The notes beneath the pieces are model-generated. The model did no database searches. It saw nothing but the letters and a program-made list of their open reading frames with translations, and was not told where the DNA came from. From Afipia sp. (GTDB lineage: Bacteria; Pseudomonadota; Alphaproteobacteria; Rhizobiales; Xanthobacteraceae), in NCBI GenBank assembly GCA_043784125.1, contig JAYVYQ010000071.1, forward strand, positions 1 through 54,573: a DNA stretch of 54,573 nucleotides. Direction: 5' to 3'. This document shows, in pieces, positions 9,930 to 19,305 of the stretch. The stretch's first letter is position 1; each line of letters opens with the position of its first letter. The position numbers were made by a program, and so were the translations under genes.

Positions 9930-11204
9930 TCAGCTTCCGGACGCCGCGCGATCGATGAAGAGACTGCCTCGTGTGACGACCTGATCGCCAGGTTGAAGGT
10001 TGCCCTTCACTTCGACAAGGTCGCCATTGGCCAGTCCGGTTTTGATTTGACGCAATTCGATGGTCTTGTCGCCGTTCGCGACCCAGACACGCACCTGATT
10101 ACCTTCGTAGATCAACGCTTGCTTGGGCACGCCCAGCGCCGGGCGGTCGCCTGCGGAATAGATCGTCACATTGGCGAACATTTCCGGTTTCAGCGAGCCG
10201 TCACGATTGTCGATGGTCGCGCGCGCCATCAAGCGGCGCGTCGTCGGGTCGATTGCCGCCGATACATAATTGATGCGTCCGGTGAACGTGCGGCTGGGAA
10301 ACGCCAGAACGTTGAAGGCGATCTCCTGCCCCACTTCAATGTCCGGCACTTCAGTCTCACGGACGAAGGCCGTGATCCATACGGTCGAGAGATCGCCGAT
10401 CACGAAAACCGGATCGGTCGCGCCTGCATTGACGTACTGGCCGGGACCGACTTTTCGCTGCACCACCGTGCCCGCGATCGGTGCGGGGATCGTCGTTTCG
10501 CGATCGATCTGGCCTTTCTCCTGAAACGTGGCAATTGCTTCGTCAGTCAGGCCGAGAATGCGCAGCCGGTTGCGCGCGGCGCCCAATGCCGTATCGGCCG
10601 AGCGCATATCGTTTTGCGCGGTCACCAGCGCTGCCTGCGCCTGCTGGAAATCCTTCAGCGGAATCGCCTTGCCCTCATAAAGATCGCGCGCGCGCTTGTC
10701 CTGAATCTCCGCCAGATCAAGCTGCGACTTCGCCTTGTTCATCGACGTTGCAGCGGCGATGAAATCGTTTTGTGACTGCACATTGTCGGCGGCCTCAATC
10801 ACGAACAAAGGCTGGCCTTGCTTCACCTGATCGCCGGGACGCGCCAGAAGCTTGGTGACGCGACCCGCATAGGGAGAAAATACCGGCGTCGAGCGATCCT
10901 CGTCGACGGCAATTTTGCCTTCCGTGACATGCTCGGCACGAAATGTGCGCTCTACCACCGGCTGAATCGTGAGGCTTGCCCATTCGGCTGGCGTCGGCAT
11001 GTAGGTCTGCAGTCCCTTACGGGACTGGCTGGACACTTCCGAATTCTCCTTGGAGCCAATGCCCGCCCACACGAGACCGAAAACGGAGGCCCCGATCATG
11101 ATCGCCAGTGTTGCGGCCACGACTTTCCGGCGGCCCGTAAGAGCCTGAAATCGCGTGAGGAATTCGTTTATTCTTGGATATTGTTCGAGCACAGGTGATT
11201 CCAT
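9930..11204 (-). CDS. RND periplasmic adaptor (CzcB-like membrane fusion protein)
   Basis: N-terminal TM; lipoyl half-motifs (GRVTKLLARPGDQVKQGQPL, APIAGTV); IDPTTR; LKPEMFA. Confidence 0.9.
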   Translation of the reverse strand: MESPVLEQYPRINEFLTRFQALTGRRKVVAATLAIMIGASVFGLVWAGIGSKENSEVSSQSRKGLQTYMPTPAEWASLTIQPVVERTFRAEHVTEGKIAVDEDRSTPVFSPYAGRVTKLLARPGDQVKQGQPLFVIEAADNVQSQNDFIAAATSMNKAKSQLDLAEIQDKRARDLYEGKAIPLKDFQQAQAALVTAQNDMRSADTALGAARNRLRILGLTDEAIATFQEKGQIDRETTIPAPIAGTVVQRKVGPGQYVNAGATDPVFVIGDLSTVWITAFVRETEVPDIEVGQEIAFNVLAFPSRTFTGRINYVSAAIDPTTRRLMARATIDNRDGSLKPEMFANVTIYSAGDRPALGVPKQALIYEGNQVRVWVANGDKTIELRQIKTGLANGDLVEVKGNLQPGDQVVTRGSLFIDRAASGS

Positions 11205-11284
11205 CGGCGGTTGACGCGCAGTCCCGCTAATAGTGCCACTTTAGTCTTGCCGACAATCTAAAAACGCCGTTGTGGATATTATTT

Positions 11285-12688
11285 TCAGTTAACTTCGGGT
11301 GACGGCCAAACCGGCGGGTGCGAGCCAAGCGGCATGGCCGGACGCACCCAATGCGCCGGCGTCTTCGACATTAAGGCGGAATGACAAACTGCCCCTAGCA
11401 CCCCGAAACCGGACGTGCATTTTTCAATATACGGTTTGACGGCTTCGCCCTTGATGTCGGACGTCGATAGTCCGCTCTCAAGGCGACCCAGATTCCACAG
11501 CCAGCATCCGGTCTGCGCCAGTGACACGCGTACATGCCAGCTGCCGCCCTCGCGCGCCTGCCGCGCCTTCGCCATCATCGCGCCGAACGCCATCAGATAG
11601 CCGGTGGCATGGTCGAGCATCTGCGCCGGCAATTCCTTCGGGCCATCCACACCCGCCGCGCGTCCTTCGGCATCGTTGAAGCCGGTCGATGTCTGCACCA
11701 GCGAATCGAAACCGCGCCGTCCGGCCCAAGGTCCAACATGGCCGTAAGCCGATAACGACACGTAGACGATGCCGGGAGCGATGCGCGCGGCGTCTTCCGG
11801 TGAGAAGCCAAGCGCTGCGAGCGAGTGCGGCCGATAGCCTTGCGAGAATATATCGGCGCTCGCGAGCAGATGACGCAGCGTGTTCCTGCCCTGCGCTGTT
11901 TTGAGATCGGCGAACGCCGACAGCTTTCCACGCCCGGTATCGATCACAAGCCACGGGATCGCCGGTAGGTTGGGGCTTGCAACCAGCATCACGTCCGCGC
12001 CGTGCGCAGCCAGCGTGCGTCCTGCGACGGGACCGGCGATCACACGCGACATATCCAGTACGCGCATACCGGATAAGGGGCGCTCGCCTTTCTTCCAAGG
12101 CTTCGGATCAGCCTCGCCGATTTTCTCGATCGTCAGCAGCGGCAGCTTTGAAATTTCCTTCGCGTGAGGCGTTGCCAGCCATTCGTCGTGCGAGCGCATC
12201 ATCGCCACGACGCAGCCGCCCGCATAAGCGGCCGTCTCGAATTTTTCGCCTTCCCATTGCATCAACGCGCACTGCACATCGTCGCGCTCAGGCTTGCAGC
12301 CAAGGACCTTGCAGACATTGTCGCGGTGATGCGGGAAGTTGGTGTGGAGGCGCACGAAGCGTCCGTCGCCCGTTTTGTAAACGCCCGCGATGGCATCCCA
12401 TGCCGGCGGTGGCGACTTGCCATCGACGCGCAGATAACGCTCGCTTCGGCACTCGATGGCCGCGTGCAGCATATCGACGGATATATTTTGCGCCTCGCCG
12501 CTTCGCATCCGCCAGAGTTGCGCGGCGGCGAGACCAGCGGCGGCAATCGCGGCTTGCGCAGCGGCTGCAACGCGAAACGACGACGGCAGCACCGCCTCAT
12601 CGCCCGTCAGCGTGACCGCATCGAGCGCGGACGGATCGCCACCGCCGAGCGTCCAGAGACGGTTCAGAATATCGCGAGGTGCCTGCAT
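11285..12688 (-). CDS. CaiB/BaiF class III CoA-transferase (long form)
   Basis: PLSGMRVLDMSRVIAGP, GRTLAAHGADV, RRGFD motifs. Confidence 0.88.
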   Translation of the reverse strand: MQAPRDILNRLWTLGGGDPSALDAVTLTGDEAVLPSSFRVAAAAQAAIAAAGLAAAQLWRMRSGEAQNISVDMLHAAIECRSERYLRVDGKSPPPAWDAIAGVYKTGDGRFVRLHTNFPHHRDNVCKVLGCKPERDDVQCALMQWEGEKFETAAYAGGCVVAMMRSHDEWLATPHAKEISKLPLLTIEKIGEADPKPWKKGERPLSGMRVLDMSRVIAGPVAGRTLAAHGADVMLVASPNLPAIPWLVIDTGRGKLSAFADLKTAQGRNTLRHLLASADIFSQGYRPHSLAALGFSPEDAARIAPGIVYVSLSAYGHVGPWAGRRGFDSLVQTSTGFNDAEGRAAGVDGPKELPAQMLDHATGYLMAFGAMMAKARQAREGGSWHVRVSLAQTGCWLWNLGRLESGLSTSDIKGEAVKPYIEKCTSGFGVLGAVCHSALMSKTPAHWVRPAMPLGSHPPVWPSPEVN

Positions 12689-12750
12689 GAATCGTCCATC
12701 AACATATTTGATTGGGAAGATTGCGCGGAATGCGGGCGATCACAAGACAC

Positions 12751-15700
12751 TCAATGGAAATCGCGCGAGCGTGGAAGAATACGGACATCGCGCGGATGGC
12801 GCCCCTTGGGAGTACGCGCATCCGGATAATTCTGAACGTCGCCTTCCAGCGGCTCCACCGCGGCAGTCTGCGGCGGAAGAACGGATTTGTGCGGAACGCG
12901 ATCGTGCGAGAGCCGATGCAGATCCTGCGTGCGGTCGGTCAAGCATTGCGCCACCAGATGCACGACCTTCTCCGGGCTGCTTTGGATATAGCCTTCGACC
13001 TCGATCAGCCGCGCGCCCATCACCTCCTTGCGGAATTTTTCCATCACCTTCGGCCACACCACAATATTGGCAATGCCGGTCTCGTCTTCCAGCGTCATGA
13101 AAACAACGCCCTTGGCGCTGCCGGGCCGCTGCCGCACCAGAACCACACCGGCACAACGCACGTGCTTTTTGTCGTTGGCATCGGACACGGAATGACAGGC
13201 GATGACATTCTCGCGCTCGAACATCGGACGAAGGAACTCCATCGGATGGCCTTTGAGCGACATCCTGATGGTTTGATAATCGGCGACCACCTGCTCCGGC
13301 AGCGGCATCACGGGCAATGGCTGCGCCGCTTCATCGGGCTGCTCGCGCGCAGTCGCGGACACAAACAACGGCAATGGCACATCGTCGGGCAATCGCCGCA
13401 CCGTCCATAAAGCCTCGCGGCGGTCGAGGCCGAGCGAACGGAACGCATCGGCGTCCGCAAGCAAAATCAGCGCACGCTTGGGAAGTCCCGTCTCGCGCGC
13501 GAAATCCTCCAACGACTCGAACGGCTTTCGCGCGCGCGCGGCCACGATCATATCCGCCCAGTCCTCCGGCTTTGCTTTTTGAATCTCACGCCGCGTGTTG
13601 TTTTCCTGCCGGAGATAGTCTTCATCGGCATCGGCATGTTTGAACCCGTCGATCTGGCGAAAGCCGAGACGCAGCGCATGATATTTTCCGCAACTCTCTT
13701 CAAGAGTGTTTTGCCCGTGGCTGAACGACACGTCGATCTCGCGCACCTCGACTCCATTTTGGCGCGCATCGCCGATGATCTGCGCCGGCGCGTAAAAACC
13801 CATCGGCTGCGAATTCAGCAAGCCGCAGCAAAACGCATCGGGATGATAATGCTTGAGCCATGACGACACATACACAAGCTGCGCGAAACTCGCCGCATGG
13901 CTTTCGGGGAAGCCATAACTGCCGAAACCCTTGATCTGATCGAAGCAGTTGTTCGCAAACACCGGATCGTATCCGCGCGCGATCATTCTGCTCACCATTC
14001 TTTCTTCGAACTGCGGCATGGTGCCGACGTTGCGGAAGGTTGCCATCGCGCGGCGTAACCCATTGGCTTCTTCGGGCGTGAATTCCGCAGCCTGCATGGC
14101 AATTCGCATAGCCTGTTCCTGAAACAACGGCACGCCAAGCGTCTTTTCCAGCACGTCCTTCAACTCGTTTTTGTTGCCGCCCTTCGGATAAGGATAATCG
14201 ATCTCTTCCGGTTGCATTTTCCGGCGCTTCAGATAGGGATGCACCATGTTGCCCTGGATCGGCCCTGGCCGCACGATGGCGACTTCGATGACGAGATCGT
14301 AGAACGTGCGCGGCTTCAGGCGCGGCAGCATGTTCATCTGGGCGCGGCTCTCGACCTGAAACACGCCGAGCGATTCGCCTCTGCAAAGCATGTCGAAAAC
14401 ATTACTGCTGTCGTCGTCTTCCGATTTGATGTCCGCGAGTTCGTAACGCTTGCCTTTATGATCTGCGATCAGGTCGAAACACTTGCGAATACAGGTCAGC
14501 ATGCCGAGCGCCAGCACATCGACCTTCATCATCTTGAGCGTGTCGATGTCGTCCTTGTCCCATTCGATGAAAGTGCGGTCGTCCATCGCGGCGTTACCGA
14601 TGGGTACATAGGTATCGAGCCGATCCTGCGTCAGCACGTAACCCCCGACATGCTGCGACAGATGACGCGGAAATTCGATCAGTTGCGTCGCCAGATCGAC
14701 AGCGCGAAACACCATCGGATTGGCGGGATCGAATCCCGCCTGCTTGACCTGCGTCTCGTTGAGGCCCTTGCCCCAGCTTCCCCACACCGTATCCGCGAGC
14801 GAGGCGGTGACATCTTCCGTGAGACCCAGCGCCTTGCCGACATCGCGAATGGCGCTGCGCGGCCGATAGTGAATGACGGTCGCGACAATCGCGGCACGAT
14901 GACGTCCGTAGCGGCGATAGACATATTGCATCACCTCCTCACGGCGCGAATGCTCGAAATCGACGTCGATGTCGGGCGGCTCGAGTCTTTCCTCGGAGAT
15001 GAAACGCTCGAACAGCAGATCCGTCTCGGCCGGATTGACGGAGGTGATGCCGAGCACATAGCACACCGCGGAATTTGCGGCAGAACCCCTGCCCTGACAG
15101 AGAATGTTTTGTGAGCGCGCATAGTGCACGATGTCGTGCACGGTCAGAAAATAATGCGCGTAATTGAGTTTCTCGATCAGCCGCAACTCCTTTTGCAGCG
15201 TGGCGCTGAGTTTGCCGTCGATGCCTTGCGGAAAATAACGATCGACACCTGCTTTTGTCAGATCTTCCAGATGCTGCTGCGCCGTCTTGCCCGGCGGCAC
15301 GGGTTCGTCGGGATATTGGTATTTCAATTGATCGAGAGAAAAGGAAATGCGGTCGGCAAAGCGAATGGTTTCTTCAAGCGCGTGGGGATAATCCTTGTAA
15401 AGCCGGGCCATCTCCGCATGAGGCTGCAAATGACGCTCCGCATGCGCCTCGAGTTTTTTTCCGATCTCGCGGATCGTCGCTTTTTCCCGGATGCAAGTCA
15501 CGACATCCTGCAACGCGCGGCGGCGATGAAAATGATAAAGAACGTCATTCGTCGCGATGAGCGGAACGCGCGCAGTTGCCGCGATTCTATCGAGACGGCG
15601 CATCCGGCGCTTGTCATCGCCATGAAAGAACATCGTCGCGGCAAGCCAGATGCCTTCTGCGGATAGCCGCCCCAATGAATCGAGGGTGCGGAGTATTTTC

Positions 15701-16113
15701 GCGAACTCAAGCCGGTATGGCGGCATCACGACGAGCAACAGACCTTCGCTGAATTCCGCGAGGTCGTCGAATCGCAGAAGACATTCGCCCTTGCCGGCTC
15801 TCAACTTGCCCTTGCTGAGCAATTGACAAAGCCGCCCGTAAGCTGCGCGGTCGCATGGGTAAGCCAGGATGTCCGGCGTGCCATCGTTGAAGACCAGACG
15901 GCTTCCGACCAGCAGTTTCGGATTATATCGAACCTTGCGGCTTTTGTTTCCCAGCTCCGCATAGGCACGAACCACGCCCGCCAGCGTGTTGTGATCCACA
16001 ATGCCGATGGCATAGAGACCGTAGCGGCTGGCTTTATTGACATATTCCTGCGGATGCGAAGCGCCGCGCAGAAATGAAAAATTCGTCGTGATGCCGATTT
16101 CCGCGTAGATCAT
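12751..16113 (-). CDS. dnaE2: Error-prone DNA polymerase DnaE2 (ImuC)
   Basis: PHP N-terminus TNFSFLRGAS, GRGSAANS, catalytic PDIDVDF, C-terminal SRDFH motif; ATGA overlap with the imuB stop. Confidence 0.97.
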   Translation of the reverse strand: MIYAEIGITTNFSFLRGASHPQEYVNKASRYGLYAIGIVDHNTLAGVVRAYAELGNKSRKVRYNPKLLVGSRLVFNDGTPDILAYPCDRAAYGRLCQLLSKGKLRAGKGECLLRFDDLAEFSEGLLLVVMPPYRLEFAKILRTLDSLGRLSAEGIWLAATMFFHGDDKRRMRRLDRIAATARVPLIATNDVLYHFHRRRALQDVVTCIREKATIREIGKKLEAHAERHLQPHAEMARLYKDYPHALEETIRFADRISFSLDQLKYQYPDEPVPPGKTAQQHLEDLTKAGVDRYFPQGIDGKLSATLQKELRLIEKLNYAHYFLTVHDIVHYARSQNILCQGRGSAANSAVCYVLGITSVNPAETDLLFERFISEERLEPPDIDVDFEHSRREEVMQYVYRRYGRHRAAIVATVIHYRPRSAIRDVGKALGLTEDVTASLADTVWGSWGKGLNETQVKQAGFDPANPMVFRAVDLATQLIEFPRHLSQHVGGYVLTQDRLDTYVPIGNAAMDDRTFIEWDKDDIDTLKMMKVDVLALGMLTCIRKCFDLIADHKGKRYELADIKSEDDDSSNVFDMLCRGESLGVFQVESRAQMNMLPRLKPRTFYDLVIEVAIVRPGPIQGNMVHPYLKRRKMQPEEIDYPYPKGGNKNELKDVLEKTLGVPLFQEQAMRIAMQAAEFTPEEANGLRRAMATFRNVGTMPQFEERMVSRMIARGYDPVFANNCFDQIKGFGSYGFPESHAASFAQLVYVSSWLKHYHPDAFCCGLLNSQPMGFYAPAQIIGDARQNGVEVREIDVSFSHGQNTLEESCGKYHALRLGFRQIDGFKHADADEDYLRQENNTRREIQKAKPEDWADMIVAARARKPFESLEDFARETGLPKRALILLADADAFRSLGLDRREALWTVRRLPDDVPLPLFVSATAREQPDEAAQPLPVMPLPEQVVADYQTIRMSLKGHPMEFLRPMFERENVIACHSVSDANDKKHVRCAGVVLVRQRPGSAKGVVFMTLEDETGIANIVVWPKVMEKFRKEVMGARLIEVEGYIQSSPEKVVHLVAQCLTDRTQDLHRLSHDRVPHKSVLPPQTAAVEPLEGDVQNYPDARTPKGRHPRDVRILPRSRDFH

Positions 16114-17702
16114 GCAAACATGCCCTGCATGAACCAGCGAAACGTCGCGACCTCGCGCTGGTAAATGCCCTCGCGGTAAAGCCAGAAACGGCAACCCTCG
16201 CCGTCTTCGATGCGAAAATAATCTCGCGTCCGCGCCTCTTTATGTTCAATCGGATTTGCGTCGGGAGACTGATTCCACCATTCCATCGCAATCCGTTCAG
16301 GCCCCTCGACGCGCGTGATGCGGTGCTGCGCTCTGCGCCAGTTAAATTGCGCCGGAGGCCCGTGAGGAAAATCTGCGATGACCTTGATTTCTTCCGTCCG
16401 CTCGAACAACCGCAACGGCCGCAACGGCGGCTCAGACTCAACGCGCTCCGGCCATGCCGCCTGCGAGGCCGCGACAAGATAATGCTGCGCGGGGGCTGCG
16501 ATTGCGGCGCGTTCCGGAATATGCGTGTCCTGCGGCAGATACACCACGACGCGCTTGCCGCCGACGCGCGCGGCGATGCGGTCGATCAATGCCGCCACGT
16601 CGTCATTGTCCTGTGTGTGCGTGTCGAAATCGCGCTGCTCCTGCACCACGATTTCGGTGCGGCTCGCAGACAAGCGAATGAGATCGAAACCGAAACCGGG
16701 ATCGAGTGGATCGGCCAGTGTGTCGAGCCGTTCGCGAAACAGCCGGTCGATGAAGTCTGCCTTTGTCACCGGCTGGCCTGTCTCTACGCCGATACTGCGC
16801 ACTGCGCCGTCGGTGCGAAAGAAACTTGCCTCCAGCATCCGCGCGCCCTTGCCGGCGCGGTCCATCGCGACGATCAGCGTCTGCGCGAGACCAGATAAAG
16901 CCGCCGCGATTACAGTGTCAGTGGAAACCGGCTCGGCGAAACGCTTCTCGACCATATAATCCGGCAGCGGCTTGCGTGGTGAGATCGGCGCATCGCTGTA
17001 CCCCAGCGCTTGTTGCAACAGTGACGTGAATTCCGTCCCGAACCGCGCGGTGATTTCATGTGGGGTGCGCGAGGCAACATCGCCGACGGTTTTCAACCCG
17101 GCGCGACGAAGCCCGCGCGTAATGGCTTCGTCGGCACCCAGCGCCCACACCGGCAACGCGCTGACGGCTTTTGCTTCCTCGCCGTCCGCGACGATATATC
17201 CCGCCACAGCCCACGTTATGACACTTGCGCAGACAAGCGTGCTCGCAATCGCCGCGTTGACGATGAAGCCTTGTCGCACCAGCGACGCACACACCGTCTG
17301 CACCATCGCAGCCTCGCCGCCAAACAGATGCGCGCAGCCGCTGATGTCGAGAAACAACCCGTGCGGCGCATTCAGCGCCACCAGCGGCGTGAAGCGGTCG
17401 CACCAGTCGGCGATGTCGCTGAGAAGGTTTGCGTCCGCGGGCTCGTCGGCGTCGAACACCTGCAGATCGGGACAGACCGCGCGCGCATTCGCAAGCGGCT
17501 GGCCGGCTTCGAGGCCGATATGCGCGGCAGCATCGTTCAACGCGAAGATAACAAGCGCGTTGTTGAGCTTTGCCACAACAACACAAGGCCGCGCGTCATC
17601 CAGCGCGCCGCCGTGCGCGAGCTGACGTTTCAAGCGGTCGATCGGCAGGCGTGGCAGCCACAGGCTGAGAATACGTCTGCGATTCACGGAAGAGGCACTC
17701 AT
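16110..17702 (-). CDS. imuB: ImuB, Y-family polymerase-like mutasome scaffold
   Basis: RILSLWLPRL, RFTPLVA, LFLDISG..HLFGGE, GPERIAMEWW, RDYFRIED; lies between imuA and dnaE2. Confidence 0.95.
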   Translation of the reverse strand: MSASSVNRRRILSLWLPRLPIDRLKRQLAHGGALDDARPCVVVAKLNNALVIFALNDAAAHIGLEAGQPLANARAVCPDLQVFDADEPADANLLSDIADWCDRFTPLVALNAPHGLFLDISGCAHLFGGEAAMVQTVCASLVRQGFIVNAAIASTLVCASVITWAVAGYIVADGEEAKAVSALPVWALGADEAITRGLRRAGLKTVGDVASRTPHEITARFGTEFTSLLQQALGYSDAPISPRKPLPDYMVEKRFAEPVSTDTVIAAALSGLAQTLIVAMDRAGKGARMLEASFFRTDGAVRSIGVETGQPVTKADFIDRLFRERLDTLADPLDPGFGFDLIRLSASRTEIVVQEQRDFDTHTQDNDDVAALIDRIAARVGGKRVVVYLPQDTHIPERAAIAAPAQHYLVAASQAAWPERVESEPPLRPLRLFERTEEIKVIADFPHGPPAQFNWRRAQHRITRVEGPERIAMEWWNQSPDANPIEHKEARTRDYFRIEDGEGCRFWLYREGIYQREVATFRWFMQGMFA

Positions 17703-18390
17703 CACAATTCCATTCCATGATCCATTGCCCGGTCGGGCCGTGGCGGTTGCGAACAAGTTGCGTGTCGAGTATCGGCATGCCCCAAACCTTCATGCCTGAA
17801 GCCTCCATGCCGGGTGGCGAATGCGCGGCACGCACGATCCATCGTGTCTCCGCCGTGCTGGCGGAAGGCATGGCGGCGATGCGTGAAATCAAAACCGTGA
17901 CGCCGGAGGCGCGCGCCGCCAGTGTGAGTTTGCGGCTGGCGACGAGATCGAGCGCACGCACCTCGCCCCAGACATCGAGCACGACGGCTCCCAGCGCATC
18001 GCAGGCCACCGCATCGGCCGCAACACGCAATGCGCTTTCGGCATCGGCTGCGCGCACCATCACGACACGGCGCGGATCGAGGCCGAGTTCAGAGAGGCCA
18101 TGCATCGACAGCGCACCGGATTCGATATCCGTGAAATCCTGCCGCACCCAGACCAACGGGCGCTGTCTCACCACCCGATGCGCGAGGCCCGCGATAAAAC
18201 CCGTGGCTGCCGCGCCGTGACGCCCAGAGTCGGCGAACACTTCATGCACGGCACCGCGCACCAGACCGCCCTGAAGCATGGCGTCCGCGCCGGCATGACC
18301 GAGCGCCACGCGTGAAAAGCCATCAACATCGCCCTCAAGGCGATCGATGGTCCCTCGCAAAGCCGCAAGCGTGTACGTGCGCGCACTCAT
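17596..18390 (-). CDS. imuA: ImuA, RecA-like mutasome accessory protein
   Basis: LQGGLVRGAVHEVF, GLDPRR, LDLVASRKLTLAA, STAETRW; first gene of the cassette. Confidence 0.93.
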   Translation of the reverse strand: MSARTYTLAALRGTIDRLEGDVDGFSRVALGHAGADAMLQGGLVRGAVHEVFADSGRHGAAATGFIAGLAHRVVRQRPLVWVRQDFTDIESGALSMHGLSELGLDPRRVVMVRAADAESALRVAADAVACDALGAVVLDVWGEVRALDLVASRKLTLAARASGVTVLISRIAAMPSASTAETRWIVRAAHSPPGMEASGMKVWGMPILDTQLVRNRHGPTGQWIMEWNCDECLFRESQTYSQPVAATPADRPLETSARARRRAG

Positions 18391-18455
18391 GATGCGGCGC
18401 TCCTGACAATCGATGACTCAGCCCTTGGTTGAGAGAACCAATGACGTGGTCATTT

Positions 18456-18470
18456 GTTCATGATATGTTC
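18456..18470. promoter_or_regulatory. LexA (SOS) box GTTC-N7-GTTC upstream of imuA
   Basis: tGTTCatgatatGTTCt; next to a sigma70-like promoter on the minus strand (TTGACT at 18502-18497, AT-rich -10 near 18479-18472). Confidence 0.92.
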
Positions 18471-18603
18471 TAATATAAAGCTAATAGACGGGGACGAGTC
18501 AATCGGACTTTGATGCCTGTTTTTCACAAGTGAAAACAAAGGCTGCAAGGAGTGCCATAAGGATGACGAGTGCGAACCGCCGATGCGCAATCCAGCAATG
18601 GCA

Positions 18604-18635
18604 GCGGCGCTTCCCGGTAGGCCGAAAAGCGCCGC
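18604..18635. terminator. GC-rich hairpin just downstream of yciF
   Basis: GCGGCGCTT...AAGCGCCGC inverted repeat; no clear U-tract on the minus strand. Confidence 0.4.
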
Positions 18636-18644
18636 CTAAACAAA

Positions 18645-19211
18645 TTAAGCCGCCATCGCCTCGGTATTCACCGCCGACTCGGCAAGCGCCGTCAGATCCT
18701 TGTCGGTCTTGCGCTCCTGCTGCAGCGTCTCGTCAACCAGCCGCACCACATCGTGCATGCCGAGTTGTGTCGCCCATGCCTTCATGGTGCCGTAACGCGC
18801 CATTTCGTAATGCTCGACAGCTTGGGCTGCGGCAAGCAGACCGGCATCGAGCGCTTCGGTGCCTTTATACTCGGTCATGACTTCCTTGCCTTCATCGAGA
18901 ATGCCAATGATGGCATCGCACTTCTTCGCCTTCGCCGGCTTGTCGATCAATTTGAAAATCTGTTCCAGACGACCGACCTGACCTTGGGTCTCGCCGAGAT
19001 GCTTCTTGAATGCGGCGGTGAGATCGCTCGACTGCGCGGCCTTGGCCATCTTCGGCAATGCCTTCAGGATCTGCTTCTCGGCGAAGAAAATGTCCTTCAA
19101 CTGATCGTAAAACAGATCGTGAAGGGTTTTGTCCTTTGGCGCCGCGCGCTTGGCCGCAGCACGACGCACCGTTTTCCTAGCTGGTTTCTTCGCAGATTTT
19201 TTCGCTGCCAT
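18645..19211 (-). CDS. yciF: YciF/DUF892 ferritin-like stress protein with a basic N-terminal tail
   Basis: LKDIFFAEKQILKALPKMA, HLGET, AQAVEHYEMARYGT, E(R)KTD motifs; GGAG RBS before ATG 19211. Confidence 0.92.
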   Translation of the reverse strand: MAAKKSAKKPARKTVRRAAAKRAAPKDKTLHDLFYDQLKDIFFAEKQILKALPKMAKAAQSSDLTAAFKKHLGETQGQVGRLEQIFKLIDKPAKAKKCDAIIGILDEGKEVMTEYKGTEALDAGLLAAAQAVEHYEMARYGTMKAWATQLGMHDVVRLVDETLQQERKTDKDLTALAESAVNTEAMAA

Positions 19212-19254
19212 GTCCCACTCCATAGTTGAATTGACGGGATCGCTCCCGCCTTTC

Positions 19255-19279
19255 AACGCGACGTGATGAGCATGGTTCC
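19255..19279 (-). promoter_or_regulatory. EcfG (sigmaT/RpoE2) general-stress promoter GGAAC-N16-CGTT
   Basis: Minus strand GGAACcatgctcatcacgtcgCGTT, about 45 nt upstream of yciF. Confidence 0.85.
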
Positions 19280-19305
19280 GAAATCAAAAGTGTCACAATC
19301 GCGAC

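Noticed and set aside
16114-16194. N-terminal extensions in the ORF track (dnaE2, ech, tolC, carboxyltransferase, hpnH, hpnN, TAXI)
   Set aside because: Downstream starts have RBSs, coupling overlaps or family-typical N-termini; the extensions look like longest-ORF artefacts.
18521-18536. TTTTCAC-AA-GTGAAAA dyad upstream of the imuA promoter
   Set aside because: It is short, AT-rich and not assignable to a regulator; possibly chance.
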